From Candidatus Omnitrophota bacterium (GTDB lineage: Bacteria > Omnitrophota > Gorgyraeia > Gorgyraeales > Gorgyraeaceae), in the NCBI GenBank assembly GCA_042570105.1, contig JBHPHW010000002.1:1-60946 (forward strand): a stretch of 60,946 nt of DNA. Reading direction: 5' to 3'. A model generated the notes under the pieces. That model searched no databases and was not told the origin of the DNA. It saw only the letters and a list, made by a program, of their open reading frames with translations. The position numbers were made by a program, and so were the translations under genes. Shown here piece after piece: positions 56,545 through 60,946 of the stretch. Numbering within the stretch: position 1 is the first letter of the stretch; each line of letters begins with the position of its first letter.

Positions 56545-56984
56545 CTCATCCTCTCTATCTTTTTAATCTGCCTGACCCTTTTTCTGTGCCTTCCACCTAA
56601 AGAAGGCGTAGAAAGCCAGGTGCTTACTATTTTTTTTGCCTTATTGCTGGAAACAATATTTGCCGCAAGAACTAAAATATTACTGTCATTATGAAGTCTA
56701 CTTGAACGGGCAATATCTACCCTGTCGCAGAGTGCAGCGCGAACCCCTTTGACCTTATTCGCGACCATTGACATGCCAATACCAGTCTTACATATAAGTA
56801 TGCCTCTCGAATATCTTTTTCCTCCGATAGCCTTTGAGACTTCATAACCTACGGGAGGATAGTCGCAATTCTCTTCAGAAAAGGTCCCAAAATCTTTTAC
56901 GCTGTGGCTCGACTTATTTAGAAATTTTATGAGAATTTTTTTCAGCCTAAACCCGCCATGGTCTGCGCCGATTGCTATCTTCAT
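56541..56984 (-). CDS. rpiB: ribose-5-phosphate isomerase B
   Basis: [32 protein letters not shown]. Confidence 0.9.
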   Translation of the reverse strand: MKIAIGADHGGFRLKKILIKFLNKSSHSVKDFGTFSEENCDYPPVGYEVSKAIGGKRYSRGILICKTGIGMSMVANKVKGVRAALCDRVDIARSSRLHNDSNILVLAANIVSSNKAKKIVSTWLSTPSLGGRHRKRVRQIKKIERMR

Positions 56985-58033
56985 TGATCTTTCTCCTTTT
57001 TAAATAATTCCAAAAATATGTTGTCCACTTGAGTGTTTATAGTATCCCGGACTCGCCTGTATTCTTCAAGGGATTTCCCCATCGGATCCGGTATCTCCCC
57101 GCCTTCTTTGAGAAGCTTGACTTTTAAAGCAACGCCAGGAAGTCTACTTGAAATGATATCTCTTTGTGTCTCTTCCATCACAAAGATAAGGTCTGATTTT
57201 TTTAATATTTCCTGGGTGGTATTCTTTCCTTTATGTCTTGAAACATCCATGCCTTCTTCCTGCATAACCTGTATTGTATTAGAGGCTGCTGCGATACCGG
57301 GATATGCGCCTGTGCCCGCAGAATCAACCCGTACTTTTTTAGAAAGGTCTGACTGCCTCAGGAGCTTCTCTAATATTGCCCTTGCCATAACGCTTCTGCA
57401 GCTATTTCCTGTGCATACAAAAAGTATGTGGTAGTCAGCCAGTAAATCGTCTTTAGATATCGCGCCTTCTCTTAAAACAGTAAAAGGATGTACTGTAACA
57501 TCTAAAACAGTAGACTCTATTCCTATTTCTGCGGCACCGCCGTCCAATATCATATCGATAGAACCTGACATCATAGAACTGACAGCTTCACATGAAGTAG
57601 GAGGCTTCTCCCCGGAGATATTTGCGCTGGGGGCGACTATAGGGAAATCTACTTTATCTATAAGAGATAGCGCTATTTTATTATTGGGCATGCGAATGCC
57701 TATTTTTTCTTTTTTCTTATTGAATGCCACAATAGTCAAAGGCCCTGGCCAGAATTTATTTATGATCTTTCCTGCTGGTTCTGATAAATTTATCTTTAAA
57801 TCTTCCAGCGCCTCAAGCCTTGAAATATGGACAGTAAAAGGCTTGTTTCTGGGCCTTTTTTTTATCTTATATAATCTATCTATGGCCTTTTTATCCAAAA
57901 AATTTGCGCCAATACCATAGACTGTCTCCGTAGGAAACGCAACCAGCTTACCCTCTCGCAAAGCCATTGCAGCTTCTTTTATCAAATCTTCTTCTGGAAA
58001 ATTGGGATTAATTTTTATGATCTTAGTCTGCAT
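56981..58033 (-). CDS. fusion protein: TsaC/YrdC-type threonylcarbamoyl-AMP synthase + low-molecular-weight phosphotyrosine/arginine phosphatase
   Basis: N-terminal half has KLVAFPTETVYGIGANF and KKRPRNKPFTVHI. C-terminal half has LFVCTGNSCRSVMA (CX5R P-loop) and IPDPMG (Asp loop). Confidence 0.85.
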   Translation of the reverse strand: MQTKIIKINPNFPEEDLIKEAAMALREGKLVAFPTETVYGIGANFLDKKAIDRLYKIKKRPRNKPFTVHISRLEALEDLKINLSEPAGKIINKFWPGPLTIVAFNKKKEKIGIRMPNNKIALSLIDKVDFPIVAPSANISGEKPPTSCEAVSSMMSGSIDMILDGGAAEIGIESTVLDVTVHPFTVLREGAISKDDLLADYHILFVCTGNSCRSVMARAILEKLLRQSDLSKKVRVDSAGTGAYPGIAAASNTIQVMQEEGMDVSRHKGKNTTQEILKKSDLIFVMEETQRDIISSRLPGVALKVKLLKEGGEIPDPMGKSLEEYRRVRDTINTQVDNIFLELFKKEKDQ

Positions 58034-58057
58034 AAAGTTAATGTGTTATTCCAAATC

Positions 58058-58233
58058 TCCCAAGGTAAGGCTACGGGTCTTCGGCACTGAAACAATTTGC
58101 CGTGTGCTACGGTTTACGGCTCGTTTTTCTTTACGACTATCGTATAGCAAACGACCAAAACTCGCCGTAAATCCTTGCACACATTTGGCAAAATATTTCT
58201 AATGTGCCGAAGACCCGTAGCCTTACCTTGGGA
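58058..58233. repeat. 176-bp long-hairpin element bounded by 30-bp perfect inverted repeats (MITE-like or structured RNA)
   Basis: Left arm TCCCAAGGTAAGGCTACGGGTCTTCGGCAC (58058-58087) is the exact reverse complement of the right arm (58204-58233). The interior also pairs imperfectly (ATTTGCC..TGTGC..TTTACGGC on both sides). Confidence 0.6.
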
Positions 58234-58241
58234 ACCGTGCA

Positions 58242-58664
58242 TCATTTAACCGCGCTTAAAATCCTCGCAGCAAAGATTGCTGCGTTTTTAGCGCCTGATT
58301 TCCCTATAGCCATGCTTGCTACAGGGACCCCGGACGGCATCTGGACAGTCGATAAAAGCGAATCCAGGCCCTTTAATGCCTTTGTCTCGATTGGAACCCC
58401 GATAACCGGTAGATCCGTATATGAACTCACTACCCCTGCTAAAGCAGCTGCGCCTCCTGCACCGCATATTAAAACCTTAAGACCTCTCTTTTTAGCAGAC
58501 TTAGCGTATTTACGCACAAGGTCCGGAGTCCTGTGCGCTGAGAGAACATTTACCTCATACGGTATTTTGTGTTTCTTCAGGATGTTTTCTGACTCGCTCA
58601 TCACCCCGCTATCAGACTTACTACCCATCAAAATCCCAACCAAAGCCTTTTTGTTAGTGCCCAT
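58242..58664 (-). CDS. purE: 5-(carboxyamino)imidazole ribonucleotide mutase, short variant (140 aa)
   Basis: [38 protein letters not shown]. Confidence 0.85.
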   Translation of the reverse strand: MGTNKKALVGILMGSKSDSGVMSESENILKKHKIPYEVNVLSAHRTPDLVRKYAKSAKKRGLKVLICGAGGAAALAGVVSSYTDLPVIGVPIETKALKGLDSLLSTVQMPSGVPVASMAIGKSGAKNAAIFAARILSAVK

Positions 58665-58665
58665 A

Positions 58666-59940
58666 TCACTTCCCCCTTATAGCTCTGTCACCTATGTCGC
58701 TTCTACAATAAATACCCTCAAACTTTATCTTACCTATTGCCTTATATGCATTTTCCTTTGCAGATTTTATATCCTGGCCAAAACCTGTTACGCCTAAAAC
58801 TCTGCCTCCGCTGGTAAAGATCTTTCCATTTTCGCAGACTGTACCGGCATGAAATACCTCGATGCCTTTTGTGCCTTTTAGATCTTCCAGGCCGCGTATC
58901 TCTTTATGCTTCTCGTATTTCCCGGGATATCCATGGGAGGCAATAACCACACAGATACATGCCCTCTCATCCCATTCAAGCTTTATTTTATCAAGACCCC
59001 CATCTATACACGCTAGCACTACATCCACTAGATCCGAGGTCAGCCTCGGGAGAACAGCCTGAGTCTCAGGATCTCCAAATCGGACATTAAATTCCAATAC
59101 CATTGGGCCATTTTTTGTAATCATAATACCAGCGTACAAGACGCCTTTATAGATCTTGCCTTCGGCCGCAAGTCCATTGATAATAGGCCTGAAAACACTC
59201 TCTATAATATCGTCAAATATCTTCCCGGAAACTACAGGCGCTGGCGAATACGCCCCCATGCCTCCTGTATTAGGGCCTTTGTCGCTATCAAAAATCCTCT
59301 TATGATCCTGCGAAGAGACAAGCGGCACTATATTTTTCCCGTCACTAAAAACCAGTATGGACGCCTCTTCTCCCTCAAGGCAGTCTTCAAGGATTATCCT
59401 TTCCCCGGAGGAACCAAAAATCTTTTTGACCAGGATAGAATCTATGGCAACTTCTGCCTCTTCAATAGTTTTGGCTACTATAACCCCCTTACCGGCTGCA
59501 AGACCATCTGCCTTTACTACTATAGGCGCACCGGTCTTTTTCAAATACTCCCTTGCCTTACCTGCGTCATCAAAAACTTTAAAATCCGCAGTGGACACTT
59601 TAAATTTTCCCATTGTCTCCTTCGCAAAAATCTTACTTCCCTCAAGAAGCGCAAGCTCTTTAGGCGGACCAAATATCTTTAAGCCGGCTTCTCTAAATCT
59701 ATCTACGATACCTCCGACCAATGGCACCTCAGGCCCTGCAATAGTCAGATCTATTTTCTTTTCTTTTGCAAAATCCAAGAGCGCGTCGATGTCATCTGCC
59801 TTTATATCGGCCAATTCTGCGAGTTCTTTTATGCCACCATTGCCAGGCGCGCAGAATATCTTATCTACTTTTTTACTCTGGGATATTTTCCAGACAAGTG
59901 TATGTTCCCTGCCGCCAGAACCTACTACCAAAACTTTCAT
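58666..59940 (-). CDS. purD: phosphoribosylamine--glycine ligase
   Basis: [13 protein letters not shown]. Start set to ATG 59940, behind AGGGAG; the track start is a TTG two codons upstream. Confidence 0.95.
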   Translation of the reverse strand: MKVLVVGSGGREHTLVWKISQSKKVDKIFCAPGNGGIKELAELADIKADDIDALLDFAKEKKIDLTIAGPEVPLVGGIVDRFREAGLKIFGPPKELALLEGSKIFAKETMGKFKVSTADFKVFDDAGKAREYLKKTGAPIVVKADGLAAGKGVIVAKTIEEAEVAIDSILVKKIFGSSGERIILEDCLEGEEASILVFSDGKNIVPLVSSQDHKRIFDSDKGPNTGGMGAYSPAPVVSGKIFDDIIESVFRPIINGLAAEGKIYKGVLYAGIMITKNGPMVLEFNVRFGDPETQAVLPRLTSDLVDVVLACIDGGLDKIKLEWDERACICVVIASHGYPGKYEKHKEIRGLEDLKGTKGIEVFHAGTVCENGKIFTSGGRVLGVTGFGQDIKSAKENAYKAIGKIKFEGIYCRSDIGDRAIRGK

Positions 59941-59952
59941 GCCCAAACTCCC

Positions 59953-59990
59953 TATAGCGTAGGGGAGGTTTAAACCTCCCCTACGCTATA
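59953..59990. repeat. 38-bp perfect palindrome between purM and purD
   Basis: TATAGCGTAGGGGAGG-TTTAAA-CCTCCCCTACGCTATA. The right arm overlaps the purM stop codon (59986-59988). Confidence 0.75.
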
Positions 59991-60946
59991 TTATAACCCT
60001 GTTTCTTCCCTTAATAATCTCCCCGATAGTCCATGACTTCAGCTTGTATCTTTTTATAATCTCGTGCGTCTTTTTAACATCCTTCTTGCCTACTACGAGT
60101 GCCATACCAACACCCATATTGAATGTGCGATATATTTGCCTATCATCTATTTTTGCGCGTTTCTGAATAGTCTTAAAGATTTTAGGGACAGGCCATGAAT
60201 TTTTATATACTAAAGCTGCGGTATTCTTCGAGAGAACACGCGGGATATTGTCATAAAAGCCGCCGCCTGTTATATGAGCGATGGATTTTATATCAGCTAT
60301 TTCCAATAATTTCAGGATTAATTTAACATAGATTATTGTCGGCGTAAGAAGGGTGTGCCCGATTTTTCCTTTCAGCTCATTTTTACTAAAAACCTTCCTT
60401 GCAAGGCTAAAGCCGTTTGAATGCAGCCCGCTTGACTGAACCCCGATAATCTTATCTCCTACTTCCACGCTACTGCCATCTATAATTTTATCTTTCTCAG
60501 CCACCCCTACACAAAAACCAGCTAAATCATACTCCTCGCCTTTATACATCCCAGGTAATTCAGCTGTCTCGCCCCCTATGAGGGCGCAGCCAGCCTGCTT
60601 ACAGCCTTCAACAATGCCTTTTAAAATATCCTTTGCCTTTTTATTATTAAGTTTGCCGGTTGCAAAATAATCCAAAAAGAACAAAGGCTCTGCCCCTGTA
60701 ACCACAATATCATTCACGCACATGGCAACGAGATCTATGCCGACCGTTGTGTGCTTTTTTAAGTTTTCGGCAAGCATAAGTTTTGTTCCCACGCCGTCTG
60801 TTGAAGAACAAAGAACAGGTTGTTTGTATTTTTTAGGAATCGTGGTAAATCCGCTAAATGCACCGATATCTCCCATTACTTCTTTACGTCTTGTTGTAGA
60901 CACAAGCTTTGAGATATCCCTCACAAATCTATTTGCCTTATCTATG
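59986..60946 (-). CDS. purM: phosphoribosylformylglycinamidine cyclo-ligase (AIR synthetase), 5' end outside the window
   Basis: The frame stays open upstream of the track start to the window edge (IDKANRFVRDISKL...). Motifs DGVGTK, DYFATG, GGETAE. Confidence 0.9.
   Translation of the reverse strand, partial: IDKANRFVRDISKLVSTTRRKEVMGDIGAFSGFTTIPKKYKQPVLCSSTDGVGTKLMLAENLKKHTTVGIDLVAMCVNDIVVTGAEPLFFLDYFATGKLNNKKAKDILKGIVEGCKQAGCALIGGETAELPGMYKGEEYDLAGFCVGVAEKDKIIDGSSVEVGDKIIGVQSSGLHSNGFSLARKVFSKNELKGKIGHTLLTPTIIYVKLILKLLEIADIKSIAHITGGGFYDNIPRVLSKNTAALVYKNSWPVPKIFKTIQKRAKIDDRQIYRTFNMGVGMALVVGKKDVKKTHEIIKRYKLKSWTIGEIIKGRNRVII

Noticed and set aside
58034-58241. Purine riboswitch or other pur-operon leader.
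   Set aside because: The region lies downstream of purE, not upstream of a pur gene. It folds as one long hairpin rather than a three-way junction.
58204-58797. 197-aa + strand ORF.
   Set aside because: It is antisense to purE and purD and starts inside the inverted-repeat arm. No recognisable motifs.
1-60946. CRISPR arrays, rRNA genes, transposases, phage genes.
   Set aside because: I found no regularly spaced direct repeats, no rRNA-like segments, and no DDE, serine or tyrosine recombinase motifs among the ORFs.

Overview
AT-rich bacterial chromosomal segment, transcribed almost entirely on the minus strand. About half of it (31 of 61 kb) is two giant ORFs. The first is a 23,214-nt, 7,737-codon ORF (31288..54501, -). 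Its product strings together many unrelated enzyme modules: four HExxH metallopeptidase motifs, two GHKL ATPases, two kinase-like modules, a GH15 glucoamylase-like barrel with both catalytic Glu, a nucleotidyltransferase motif, three methyltransferase/Rossmann modules and a long beta-propeller-like region. The second ORF starts at 7833 and stays open to the left window edge (>=2,611 codons). It is missing from the supplied ORF track because its stop lies outside the window. It encodes a YD/Rhs-like repeat protein with two C39-like cysteine-peptidase domains. Both giant genes begin with the same 16 nt (MLDWQ + hydrophobic helix). Both also sit behind a near-consensus sigma70 promoter and a leader of roughly 200 nt that contains a terminator-like hairpin. 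The rest is compact, tightly packed housekeeping: xseA-xseB-ispA-dxs, a four-subunit 2-oxoacid:ferredoxin oxidoreductase, gltX, rny-ymdB, polX, nrdR-glyA-rpiB-tsaC and purMDE. There are three tRNAs (Glu, Leu, Gln) and a FIST / histidine kinase / REC-GGDEF(GGDDF) module with a PilZ gene nearby. Three kinds of intercistronic palindrome are present: a 4-copy REP-like family, a 38-bp perfect palindrome and a 176-bp long hairpin element. I saw no rRNA, CRISPR array, transposase or integrase. Taxonomy cannot be fixed from sequence alone; giant multi-domain genes of this kind have been described in uncultivated lineages such as Omnitrophota (inference only).
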